A stretch of 64,000 nucleotides of DNA from Tubulanus polymorphus. Taxonomy: Eukaryota; Animalia; Nemertea. The DNA is taken from NCBI RefSeq assembly GCF_964204645.1, contig NC_134029.1, positions 23,306,950-23,370,949 of the forward strand. The letters are read 5' to 3'. How positions within the stretch are numbered: position 1 is the first letter of the stretch; each line of letters opens with the position of its first letter. This document shows, in pieces, positions 37,835 to 61,398 of the stretch. The notes under the pieces are model-generated. The model did no database searches, was not told the origin of the DNA, and saw only the letters and a program-made list of their open reading frames with translations. The position numbers and the translations under genes are program-made.

Positions 37835-38689
37835 CCATGTTACCTAATCGAAGTAACTAAACTGCTCATTTGTGGACCAAAGCTAATCAAATCAAAATTG
37901 CACCTAATCGCACTAGCTAATCAAAACCTAATCTATTCAGCTCACAAAAACGCCTATGGTATTAGTGGGTTTTCCCCCAATGACTCAAATAGACCGCTTT
38001 CCTCGTGCATGTGAGGTAGTTATCTCGGGGTGCATGAACTGTCCGTGACTAATAAACTAATTTCATTAGTAAATGTTTACGCGGTTTCTATGACAGGAAG
38101 ACCTGTGTTGAACTGTTGAACTGTTGAATCTGAACTGGAAGTGCTATCGGTCGGTATAATTTATAAATTATTCTAGAATTTAAGAAAAAAAAAACGGGCG
38201 GATGCTTATAAATTCGGAAGTAGCTGTTGGGAATCAAGTAATTTATTTCATGGCCTTATTAAAGTTCCTCCACTATATTGTTCAGCTGACTACTGGCGCG
38301 TATTCAACCCGGTGGTGGAACCTCATAATGTAAATCCATTAACAATAGAGACACAATTGCGGGTTTTCAGAGTTGTTGATATGATTCTGACACGCGCTAT
38401 TGAATATGTCACCGGCTGACCACGGTGTACACAAGCATAGACCATTCACCTCAGCTTACTCACACTGTGAACATGCTACCGTGGATTCTCCTCCTGGCGA
38501 TTTTCGCTGCGCTCCCGCTCCTGCTCCTGTTCCTGCTTCCTGAGGAACGACGTCTTTATGTTTTATGTGTTACTGTTTGTCTCTGTGCTGTCCTGTACTG
38601 TTCCGTGTTAATTAATCCGTTCTATTTTTCAGCAATTAACCCGTTTTGTTTTTCAGGGCCGATTTCTTTGTCGAATTTCAACGTTTGCT

Positions 38690-38935
38690 GGAACAAAACT
38701 AATGTCCGAAAGCGTCAGCTCTCCTTCGCCGGTCATGTGTCGAGGATGTCAGACAAAGAGTCGGTCAGGAAATTCTGCCCTCTACACGCCCTCATACGGA
38801 ACACGAAAACGAGGATGACGAGGCCTCACTGCCCCCACCTATCTACAAAGTGTGCTGAGTGATGTCAATGACGGGCATATCTGCGGGATTGCGCGGGATA
38901 CAAATGGAGCGGTTATACTGGATTGTCACGCTACT
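38690..38935 (+). mobile_element. Degraded 3' end of an RTE-clade LINE ORF
   Basis: VRKRQLSFAGHVSRMSDKESVRK, then frameshifted LYTPSYGTRKRG: typical RTE C-terminal RxLxFxGHxxR...GxRxRG pattern. Confidence 0.7.
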
Positions 38936-39205
38936 AGCATTCATTGTGTCCTTGTGACCGCCCGGATGAGGGATGATTCTACTGTCACGCTCTTTGTTTC
39001 TGGTATTCTGAGTCGGCTGAGGGATGATTCTACTGTCACGCTCTTTGATTTCTAGTTTGAGTGCTAGTTTTCATTGTGTCCTTGTGACAACCCCGGTCAG
39101 TGGATGAAGTCTCTCGTCGGCTTGTGAGTGCTAGTTTCATTGTGTCCTTGTGACAACCTCGGTCAGTGGATGAAGTCTCTTGTCACGCTTTTGGGTGCTA
39201 GTTGA
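38935..39205. repeat. Irregular tandem repeats of ~50-70 bp modules
   Basis: TCATTGTGTCCTTGTGAC x3, GAGGGATGATTCTACTGTCACGCTCTTTG x2, GGTCAGTGGATGAAGTCTCT x2. Confidence 0.85.
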
Positions 39206-42200
39206 GATCCTGAATCTCAACCCGGTCAAGCTGGTTGTACTGCGCTATTTGTGTTTCGTGCAATTTTACAGGTGTGTCAGTTACTGACGTCGCCCAGTAC
39301 ATCCTGCAGTTAGATGGGGAATGTCAGGCGTTGTCATTCTGGTTTTCGCGTTCTGTGTGAGGGCGTGTAGAGGGCAGTATATTCCTGGCTGGCTCATTGT
39401 CTGGTGTTCTCGGCATGTGACCGGCGACGGAGAGCTGAAAAGCTTTCAGACATTAGTTTTGTTCCGTACCAGGTTTTCATCGCTCTTCTCTTTTTTTCAT
39501 TTCAGGACTCCCAAGATGAAGAAGAAGATGCTGAAGGCGACTACAACGAAGACGATGCCAAAAAAGAACACTGAACTCAGCAATATTGAAAGTTAAGTTG
39601 ATACACATGTAAATTACGATGCGTGATACGGAAAGGATTGTGTAACTACAGAATATCGTTCTTTTACTCATTTCAGGTTAATCCGGAAAGGCCCATCTAA
39701 AATCTGCCCACCAGAAGTGCCCACAAAAGACTCCACCTTGAAGTACCACCAAACACCGAAAGACCTGTCGCAACCGAAACCTGGCAGTCTTGCATGGCTC
39801 ATCCTGCATGGCAACAGGAATACATACATACATAAAGCTAAGTTGATTTTTCATATCTGGGGTAGAATGCATAGGCGCTGGTCAAGCTCACCATCTCCGC
39901 ACTACTTTATTGAAGCTCTGTGGCCGGTAGAAAATTGAAATATAGCTAGGCAATGATTGCTTGAATATTTACAATATTAGACGAAATGATAGAGTGAGGT
40001 CCTTTAAATATTCTTTGGTCTGATAATTAAAATGTAGATTGCTCAGTTATTGATTAAAAGATTTTGTAAGTACGTACGATTAAGGTAAATTCAATATCTT
40101 ATGTGACATTCTAAATTATTCGAATGTACCGTAGATATTTCAGGCCTCATTTTTAGTGACTATTGTTTAACTGACAATCAAGATCTAGATAGGACAATTT
40201 TTACTAAAAGATATATCAATTAAACTTTATCGTTGGTTGATAGATTTTTCTTTACAAATAATATATTGATAAATTTATTAAGATTGAGGCCATACTTTAC
40301 AATATATACTGTGTGCTGCCTCACACATAACAGTTATGAATTTCATAAGATAGTGTCTAGGGCTCTATCGAGGTCTGGTGTTATATGGGGAAAACTATGG
40401 AGTACAGGTCTTTATGAAACAGTGATTTGGTCTCAACACTTTGATAAATCCAGAATAAACCAAAGCTTTAATTGATTTAATTCATTCCTGAAACACTGCG
40501 TCTAGTTTTGGGCGACGCATGATAATTGTTGTTTGACTGACAATTAGCATACAGCCAGGAAAAATGGCTTAAATATTCACAATTAAGATGAATTCAATAT
40601 TTGATGTTAGATCAAAAACTTTTTATATCATAAATATTTATTGAAATATAGCTGAAATATATAATATATTTGAGCACATCTATAAGTGAATCAGTCTCAT
40701 TGACTGATCAGTTCTGTATCGCCAACTGCCGCGCTTACGACGACTAGCCATGCTTTTCATTATTGGCAAAATTTACTCAAACCTAACTGATTCAATTAAT
40801 ATTTAACTGAAAATTAGAATCTAAGATGAATTACTCATTAAAGTATTAACTTAGATCGATTAAGGTTAATTCAATTGTTATGTGAAATTATTTCTAATTC
40901 CATGGACATTTGAAATGTAGCTGATACATGTGTATCTGAGCACATTTATTTATCTGTATCTAAGTGAACCTATGGTGTCTTCACACAGCTGTATTAGTTT
41001 TGATACATATTGCCAAAATCATTTAACGCAGATTTACTTCCGATCGAATCTGTGCACAAATACATTCCTGGATTTGGAAGGGGGAATATTTCAATTTCAC
41101 TGTGTATGTCAGATTGAAAGCCTTATTCTGACAGGATATCCTAAACTTAGGTCTTATTCCTCTTGCTAATAGCTCTCTTTTACTAACCCCTCTCCTTCAA
41201 ACTATTTTCTAGCATCATGACTCGCACCGCACCAGGGAGGTCCGGTCATAACAAGGTCTTTTGGTCCTTATACACAGTGTACTATATAAGGGAAATAAAG
41301 ATTCGGCTAAGGGAATTTCTAATTTACCACTAAAAATATGCTTTTTTATCTTTAATTTCTGATGAATTCAAATAGTGACGAATTCACCACATCTGAAATT
41401 CTACTCATGTAGATTTTCAGGCTCCATATAAATATTGTTCAACTGACAATTAAAATATAGCTAGTATGATTACTAATCAATGGTTCGCTTAGATACCTAG
41501 AATTTAATTAAAATTAATTCAATGTAATGAATATAAGTGAAACTTATTCAAAATTGCACAGTGGATGAGACGACTGTATCGCGCAATGTCATCTGCGTCT
41601 AACTGGGCCACATGTGTGTGTGTGGGATCTGTTGAATCAGTTAGGTTTTGGGGGATTCTGGGTTAGTTAAGCTAGGTATCAAAAGCTCTGATGCAAAATT
41701 AGCAGTTCAAATAGTAATTAATTCAAATTCGTACCGGATCTGAAATTCTTCTCGTGTAGAAATTTCAAGCCCCATATAAAATATTGTCCGAGACAATTTC
41801 AATTATAGCTAGGACATTATCGATTAACTAATTGATTAGGTATCTAATTCAGCATCTTCATATAAGGTAAAAGTGCTCAAATCTAAACCATAGGGGTTGA
41901 TAAGTATAATTCAATATTGGTTGATATATAAAGAATACTGGGTATGTTTTTGTCTCTTGTGCGTGGGATTTATTGAATCTTTAAGGCTTTGCAGAATTCT
42001 GGATTTGTCGAGTTGTGGGAATGATTCGAGGTTTCTTAAATCTGTAGAACCATGTTACTTATAGGATCAGTGTGCTCAATGCTGGCAGCGCACTCACTCT
42101 TCAGTTAGTTATATTATCATAATTACAAAATCATTGTATATATTAGGAGCAATATTTAGAATTAACGAAATGGATTAGAATACCATTCACTGGGTACAGA

Positions 42201-42854
42201 TGTCGCCATCTGTGGGTAGAAAACATCTCTTAAGTTTATTAACTGACGATGAAGTAAATTTGATAATACGAACATGGTTTAGCTGACAACCGAAATATAT
42301 ATAGGCCAATATTACTAGCAGGTTTGCACTGTATGATGGGCCTGGGTTTCAATAAATGACACATCAAGAATTTCAAGAAGATAGAAGAAAAAACAGTTCA
42401 AAAACGATTTGATAAGATTGATTATGCATTACTAAATTTGTTGTAACTCTGGTATTCCTAGAGATGACTATAGATGCTTTAGTTGAATTGTTGTTAAACT
42501 ATAATAATCAACCATTGCTTAGATATTTAGAATATAGATGAATTACTATATGAGTTGAATTTCATAAATATCATTTAAGACTATTATTGAAATCTACGTA
42601 TCGATCCACGTTGCTGATCTTATATATGAATTGACATGATAATTATGATCAGTGATATTCCAAAGGATTTTCTGCTCAAAAGGTTCTGCTCTTTTCTTCA
42701 GCTTGCCGTTTCAGACTGATTGGAAGATAGTTTGAATGAACTGGAATCGAATTTCCCAATTATGTACTTCGATTTCAGACATACTCGAGAAAAACTACAA
42801 TAAACTTTAAAAAATTAGACAAATTTAAACGGTGAAAATGACAAAAAAATTAAA

Positions 42855-43740
42855 GTTAGACAAAATTCTCCCATCTTGTAAATTTTCGGACTAGTTACAT
42901 GAAAAAAAGACCAAATATTGTAAAATATAGTTATTTCCAAAGTCTCGATGTATTAAATTAGGCAGAAAAAAAATAGATAAAATTATTCAACCTTGTAAAC
43001 TTTCGGACTAGTTATGAAAAAAAGACAAAATATTGTAACATATAGTTATTTCCTAAATCTCAATGTATTAAATTAGGCAGAAAAAAATAGATAAAATTAT
43101 TCAACCTTGTAAACTTTCGGACTAGTTACATGAAAAAAAGACCAAATATTGTAAAATATAGTTATTTCCAAAATCTCGATGTATTAAATAAGGCAGAAAA
43201 AAAAATAGATAAAATTATTCAACCTTGTAAACTTTCGGACTAGTTATGAAAAAAAGACAAAATATTGTAACATATAGTTATTTCCTAAATCTCAATGTAT
43301 TAAATTAGGCAGAAAAAAATAGATAAAATTATTCAACCTTGTAAACTTTCGGACTAGTTACATGAAAAAAAGACCAAATATTGTAAAATATAGTTATTTC
43401 CAAAATCTCGATGTATTAAATAAGGCAGAAAAAAAATAGATAAAATTATTCAACCTTGTAAACTTTCGGACTAGTTACATGAAAACAAGACCAAATATTG
43501 TAATATATAGTTATTTCCAAAATCTCGATGTATTAAATTAGGCAGAAAAAAAGTTAACCCCAATCAGTCACTTAATATGTGCTTCGACTATTTAAACGGT
43601 GAAAACGACCAAAAAAATTGAAGTTAGACAAAATTATTAAACATTGTAAACTTTCGGACTAGTTGCATTAAAAAAAGACCAAATATTGTAAAATTATCTT
43701 CAACAATATAGTTATTTCCAAAATCAGAATTAGGCAGAAT
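42855..43740. repeat. ~117-bp satellite, ~7 copies, with A/B dimer structure
   Basis: TTCGGACTAGTT recurs at ~42884, 43002, 43116, 43234, 43348, 43465 and 43653. Confidence 0.95.
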
Positions 43741-45736
43741 AAAAGATTGTTTGAATGAACCGGAACCGAATTACCAATTATGTTCTGGGACTTAAAAAAA
43801 AAAGATCTGTGAAAACGACCGCCGATCACGCAACTATATCTGTACTTCGATTTCCGATTTTGAAAAAAACCGCCGTATCGCTCCCGCCAGGTGTGGTAGG
43901 TTTGTAAGGGACACCAACTCGAAAAGTCAAACGAGAGCTTGAGGTCAACAACTCATCAAAAATCTGCCAATTAGAGAAAACAGTGCACAGAAACCAACCG
44001 ACTTAGGAGATCCTCGTCAATGATGAAACCAGCAATCATAAAAGGTGTCTTGATATACATGGAGTTATTACGATGATTTCTAAATGTCATGATTACAGGA
44101 TATATTTATTTACTCATTGCAGCTAAGTGTCAACTATTAGAAAGAGACCAGCTTAAAATCAACTACTCACCTGAAATCTACGGATTTGAACAACCCACAG
44201 AAGAATCAAACTCATTAGATGGAAATTACCGGTATATAGAAATTTCAGGCCTCATATGATTATCATTTGATAAGTAATTATCATCGAAATCTATTTACCT
44301 GTCCACATGGCTGATCTTAGAACTTTTATCTTTACTAGTCTTACACCTTGGAGTAATAAATTTTTCAAATGATTTCTCCAAGCTTAAACATTAATGAACT
44401 AGTCCTACTACTGCAATTATTTATTGGGGTTTAAATCGGCAATTGACGTCAATGAACCTAATTCTGATTTTGGAAATAACTATATTAACTAAGTGAAAAA
44501 CACGGTGGCTTGTAATTTGAAATGACATGTAAGTTATGATAAATCTGTCTAAAATGTTTTGCTTTCTTCACTTTGTTTCAGTCAAACTACATCCCGGAAA
44601 TAATGGCCTGAAGAAGACACAAGTAGACAAATACCCATTGACCCATTTGCTGATGAAAACTGCAGAAGCCCAGATGAGAAGTTTAGGAGCCAGCGACGGA
44701 TTAATCACTCAATGATGGAATCTTCTACAATCAGTGGTTGATCAAAGACTAAAAATAATGTTATTGAAAATTAAATCAAAGACTGTTTAAAATCAAAAAC
44801 GAAATGTTCATGTCAATTGTTCTTCAAACGCTGAATTAAGGTCGTATCGATTCTAGTTGAACTTTTTCTTGATAATTAAATGTCATTTGAAAAGTTGACA
44901 CGGTAGATTCATATTTCATGAAATATAACAAAGTGTCGGTTATATTGACCTCATGAATTGTCAAATTCATAAACTTAGAATTACATACTCCATTAAGCAT
45001 CAGGGCCACTCGTTCAAACCCAGTAATTGCTGATACTGATTCAGAGTGGTTCTGAAAACAAACATGACTTGAAAAATTTCCGAAATTCGAAGTCAAGTGG
45101 TCAGACTCGGGGATATCTCAATTGGTCAGTTTCTGACCATCATGGTGTCACCATTGTGGTCTATAGCTCAAATGAAACATGTGGAACCGACGAATGGGCC
45201 CAAAAGCGTAAGTCATTTCCTGAGTTATGTGATCCAAAAATGCCCAAACTGGAAAAGGCAGTCTCTCAATTGGACGAAACCAAATCGGACAGGACAATTA
45301 AAATTTGGGAAGGCCACAGGCAGTGGTCTTTCGAAGCCCACGCGGTGAGCGTATTATTATGAAACCTTTTTTTAAACCACCATGTACCACGAAGTAATAA
45401 GCACTTGAAATAGCTATTAACCACTTGAAACTGTCAGATCATACCGCATCCCCGCAAAGAGGGGTAGTTCAGCAAACCGGGGTTTTCATTGGCCTCTCTA
45501 GACTACCCCGCCAGTACGGGTAGCCGAGCAAACCGGAAAACTCATAATGCTGCTCCTCATTATTCGATAGGACTTCAGTTTGATAGTTGCTTTAAACTTA
45601 ACTAAACAATTGAAAAGTATGTACTCGAGGAATTATCATTTATTTGTTTAAAAATAAAGATGGTTTCTGACGGTTCCTGGCGGTGCCTGACGGTGTTTAG
45701 TATGACCGTTTTGTAAAGGTCAGTGTGGAGACAATT

Positions 45737-50699
<4,963 letters not shown>

Positions 50700-51618
50700 T
50701 TCCGTGCGCTAGTACTAGTCAAGTTTAAACGATTTTAACTTACATAGTTATATATGTACTGGTAGAAAATACATGTGGTTATTTGTTAAACAAATACTCT
50801 TTTTTTCTTCATTACTTGGTATTACGTAGACTCTGCTTGCCTCAGATCTTGCAGGAGGTATTTGTACTCTCTGAGGGACGTGAATTCCAGGGGGAAGTCG
50901 CATGCAGGGTCGTTATAACGATGAATTGGCGCAAGAAAGTTTGGTAAAATACTGTTGTTTGTTTTGCTAGCGAACATGTCGGTTGAGCGTCTTCGGTAAA
51001 ATGCTGAACACAAGTTTGGATAATCGATCAAAAGAATAGTGATAATTCATGGAATACCGGAGGGATGCAGACTGAAAAACTGAGCCGAATGTTATCAAAA
51101 GGATCACGAACATTTAAATATTTACACATAATTTATGATGACTAACGTAGTAACATGATTGTTGGTTTTTGTATAATTTGGACTCGTATTAAGTAATGGT
51201 AGTTAATCAATCTATTACAGCAGTTAAAAATCACTTTATAAAAATTCGAGTTATAAAACAGAGTAATAATTATACAAGAATAAAACGGATGACGTAGTGA
51301 ATTTGTGACATATCTTCGATTACATAGCACCTTTTAAACTTTATAAAAACCATTTCAACTAATTGTGTCTATTATCTCACAAACAGTAGGAATGCAATAT
51401 CAGCAGTTGATAAAAAAATGTAGACATTTTGTGGTTTTTAACGAATATCATAAAATCTTAGCAATGTGTCAATGTGACAATAACGTGAATATCGGAACAA
51501 TTATGTGAATATTAGAACTCTTTCCTAAAGGGCTCCATTATGCATGCATTGAATAAACAATAGAATGTTATATAAACTGTACAAGGAAACAGCATTCACC
51601 TTAAATTCATTACTGATA

Positions 51619-51776
51619 CAGTCAAACCTGCTTAATCCGGATGGGCTTAATCCAAATTTTGGTTGAATCCGGACTATATTTTCAGTCCATTTGTTCATTA
51701 ATATACAAGAAAATGACTTAATTAATCGGATGAATTTTGTTGGTCCCAAATGATCTGAATTAAACAGATTCTACTG
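51619..51776. mobile_element. Tigger-like MITE
   Basis: TA|CAGTCAAACCTGCTTAAT ... ATTAAACAGATTCTACTG. A related 5' end lies at ~48476. Confidence 0.7.
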
Positions 51777-52273
51777 TCATTACCATCAGTTCCTCTGCTA
51801 AGCCAATAAACATTATAAAGCCACATTGTAGGGGCCATTCGTTGGTTTTCAACAATTTTTAGCAGAAACGAGCCAATTTTTCGCTCCTAACAAATTCAAA
51901 TGGAGCAGAAGGGATTTATCAATCTCCAACTAACTATCCATCAACGACTTCAGAGAATTTAGGGGCTACAATATTAAAATAACAATACAGTAAAGGTATT
52001 TACAATAGAGCAGCCTGAATGTGACTTTGATTAGTTAGGCTTTAGTCGACTCTAAAAAATATGTTAACATACATTTTAATACCAGATATACATGTTAATA
52101 CCAGACACATACACTGACAATTAGTACATAACATCGTTCATCACTATTATTTGATCATAGATCACTTTTCGATTGTAGATCACTATTATGTGAACAAATC
52201 GCCTTAAAAAAGGTTATAGTCCGAAAACTAAACGAACAAGCACCAAGTTGAATTATTTTTTTGATCATTTCGC

Positions 52274-58539
<6,266 letters not shown>

Positions 58540-60111
58540 TTTTCTCGCAAGCGTCGGTCGGTCGGTCGGTCGTGAGGTAAAACGTTTAGGATTGACGCCG
58601 ATTCTAAATTCAAATTTTGCTGAAAAATATTAATACATATCGATCAATCGTGAAAGAGCTCCTTAATTTTTTTCTTGTTTAATCTTTCAATAAAGACTTT
58701 TTGGATATCCTTCAATACAGTTTCGAATGATGATTTAGGTCGACTGCCTGTCCTTTCTCTGGTCCTATTAAGACCTTTGTCAGGTATGTACTACCAAAAA
58801 ATAGCGAGCTAGGCCACCCGGAATGCTCTCAAGTCAGGTTGAAATAGACATTAGGTTGAAATAGACATTAGTCAACGGGCATTTCAGTCTGATAACATTT
58901 TGACAACCGATTGCCTCTCTGGGCACTGCTCTCTCTCTGCCATTACCTCCTCGGCCTGTTTCTCTAGTAGTATCGTGTTTTCCCCATTCGGGTCAATTTC
59001 GATGATGACCAATATAAGTTCAGTTTTACTGTTTCGTTTTTGATTATCTTTCGTTATGCTATTTACCATTAATTGTCGCTGAAAGTTAGTTCTTTTCATT
59101 TACTTGGTATTTCCACCACCAACCCGGAAGTAAATTTCTGTGGTCAATATTACACGCAAGTCTCCAGAGTGACAATCCTACCTCAATTCAATTCAATATT
59201 TATTTCACGAAAAAGCAGAACAATATAAAATCGGGGAAAAATAGATAAGTAGTTCAACAGAGCTTTCCTGGGACTTAATAGCCTATTGTGTCCGTATTGT
59301 ATAGTACCGTACCACCAGGGCCGCATACGCGAAACGCCTCAAGTTTATCAATCATCTTTATTTCCCCCAAAAAATCAATCGGGTTTTTTTGAATATGAAT
59401 GTTACGGGGCAGTCGGTGTAATTCATTCAATATTCCTCATTTTTCCTGAGCGATATTTGCTTTGTTCGCAAATAAAAGCTTTTCTTTGCAATACATAAAC
59501 TGGTTTGTAGTTCGACGATCTTTTATCGTTTTCTAACATGGAATAAAAGTTCAGAATTTCAGCAAAATTGAATGGCCAAACAAAAAAAACCTTTTGGAAT
59601 CTTAGTACCTACCGTCGGTAAAATATCTATAGCCGCGTTTAAATGACGTTCTTAAGTACGTGGGCCATCAATATTTATCCATTTGATTAATGAAAACTTC
59701 ATGACAGAACTAGGCCAAACAACTTTCCCCTTTTGCAAGGCATTGAAAAAATCCTATGTAGGTTTAATTATCGCGAGAATATTAAGCCGTTTTATTAGAA
59801 CGACAATGAAACATTTTAACTGCAATCAAATGAACTACATGATTATATAATTGATGTTTGGGTAGATGTGTCCGCGGTGTGAACGGTTGTTGTTATAAGG
59901 ACTATCCTTGACTAATGAGATTAGATACGATTCTAATTCATGTTGAATGCGGCATTATTCATATATGTTCACTACAATACACGGCCATTGACGTTGGAGG
60001 CCGATATTCATCACGTTATAAGTGATTGACTCTTAAAGAACTGCGTATCTTTTTTCGAACAGCTACAGCGGATATCAAGAAATCTGTATTCGAACGCGAA
60101 GAGAAACGACT

Positions 60112-61315
60112 ATGGGAGGTTTTCTCAGTACAGTCGTTCTGCGGTAAGCTTTTATATATTTCCAGTGTCGTCATCAACAACAAGTGGTTCTCAGTGGTGG
60201 ACCCAGGATGGCCGTTACGTCTCTCGCGTTAGGCACTGATTAATTTGAAATACCCTCGTGAAATACCCCGAAATCCTCGTTTGAATTTGTTTTAACCAAA
60301 TCTATATGAAATGTGTTTATTAGATCGAAACAATTTTCAATTGCTGCACTCTGCATCTCATACCCTTAAACTTCTATTAACAGTTTCAATTCTGAATGCT
60401 CAAAAGTGTGAGATGTAGCTAAAAGTTTTTAGATGTCACCTGAATATCATAGTGGATGGATTTTTAGTTCGCCGCTTACTAATGGGCTTTTGAAAGACTT
60501 CACGTACAACAATGAAGCCGTTGAAGAATCAGACTTTAATTCATATCTATCTCGCAACTAGAAGGTGAATAAAGAAGAAAAAAGGCTAAAGAAAATGCGA
60601 CATGTCTGACAAAACTTAGTCTGACTTTGACACGTGTTGTTTTACCGTACGTTTTATTTTTCCATGTCGAATTTATCTATTTTGACATTTCGTCTGTTTC
60701 TAGTAACTTTAAACCGCGCAGTGAGACGAGTGTCAATTATGCTTTGAAATCATAGATGGCAAATTTCACTTCTAACCGAACAACATTTAGATTTTCGGTT
60801 ACTGCTGTTCGAACTCGTTCGTAAAAGATAATCATTCAACACCTTAGTGAAAATGTCGTATTCATCGACATATCATACGCCCATCATTAACATTGAACTG
60901 CTATGTGATGATTACTTGTTTTCATATGGTAAAACGCTGAGACAGATTACGGGTACCGGGTGCTTCCAGTCAGGCTCGGCAACAATTCCCTATCAGCTAA
61001 AATACATATTACCTCTTCATGTATTTTTTGCAATCAGCCATTCACCTGTTTGTTTCTTTTTTAATATTCTTTACAGCTTTTCATTCGTATTTCCGTGGCG
61101 TCGCCGACATTCGAAGAAAAGTTCGGATCAAAATGAAAACCGGGACTCAGCTGATGCCGAATGCGGTATTGAAAACTATGAGTACGTTCTAGATTTCACA
61201 ACATCTCGATTAATGTTTAGAATTCACGGTCTCCATGAAATATGACGGTTTAATAACAAAATGAAAATTAGATTACGAAAACTAAAATTCTTTGAATGTG
61301 AAATATGGAACTATG

Positions 61316-61398
<83 letters not shown>

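Larger units (their letters stand above)
36554..37955 (-). mobile_element. Harbinger-like deletion derivative nested in the large element
   Basis: ATG|AGGCGTTTTTCGAGCCGATTCGAGATTAGGTCGATTAGCTA ... TAGCTAATCAAAACCTAATCTATTCAGCTCACAAAAACGCCT|ATG: imperfect TIRs and a 3-bp TSD. Confidence 0.8.
36334..45708. mobile_element. ~9.4 kb non-autonomous TIR element between PMVK and CLPB; superfamily unresolved
   Basis: Left end CGGTCATGCTAAACACCACCAGGAACCGTCAGAACC versus right-end reverse complement CGGTCATACTAAACACCGTCAGGCACCGCCAGGAACCGTCAGAAACC. Flanks TTTTGTGA / TTTTGTAA (7/8 match). Subterminal ACCGTC repeats. Confidence 0.8.

Noticed and set aside
38425-38862. 145-aa hydrophobic ORF resembling a membrane protein
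   Set aside because: Low-complexity pyrimidine-rich sequence fused to an RTE LINE remnant, with no coherent domain.
36334-45708. Autonomous transposon, Polinton or endogenous virus
   Set aside because: No long ORF and no DDE, integrase, polymerase or capsid motifs are visible inside.
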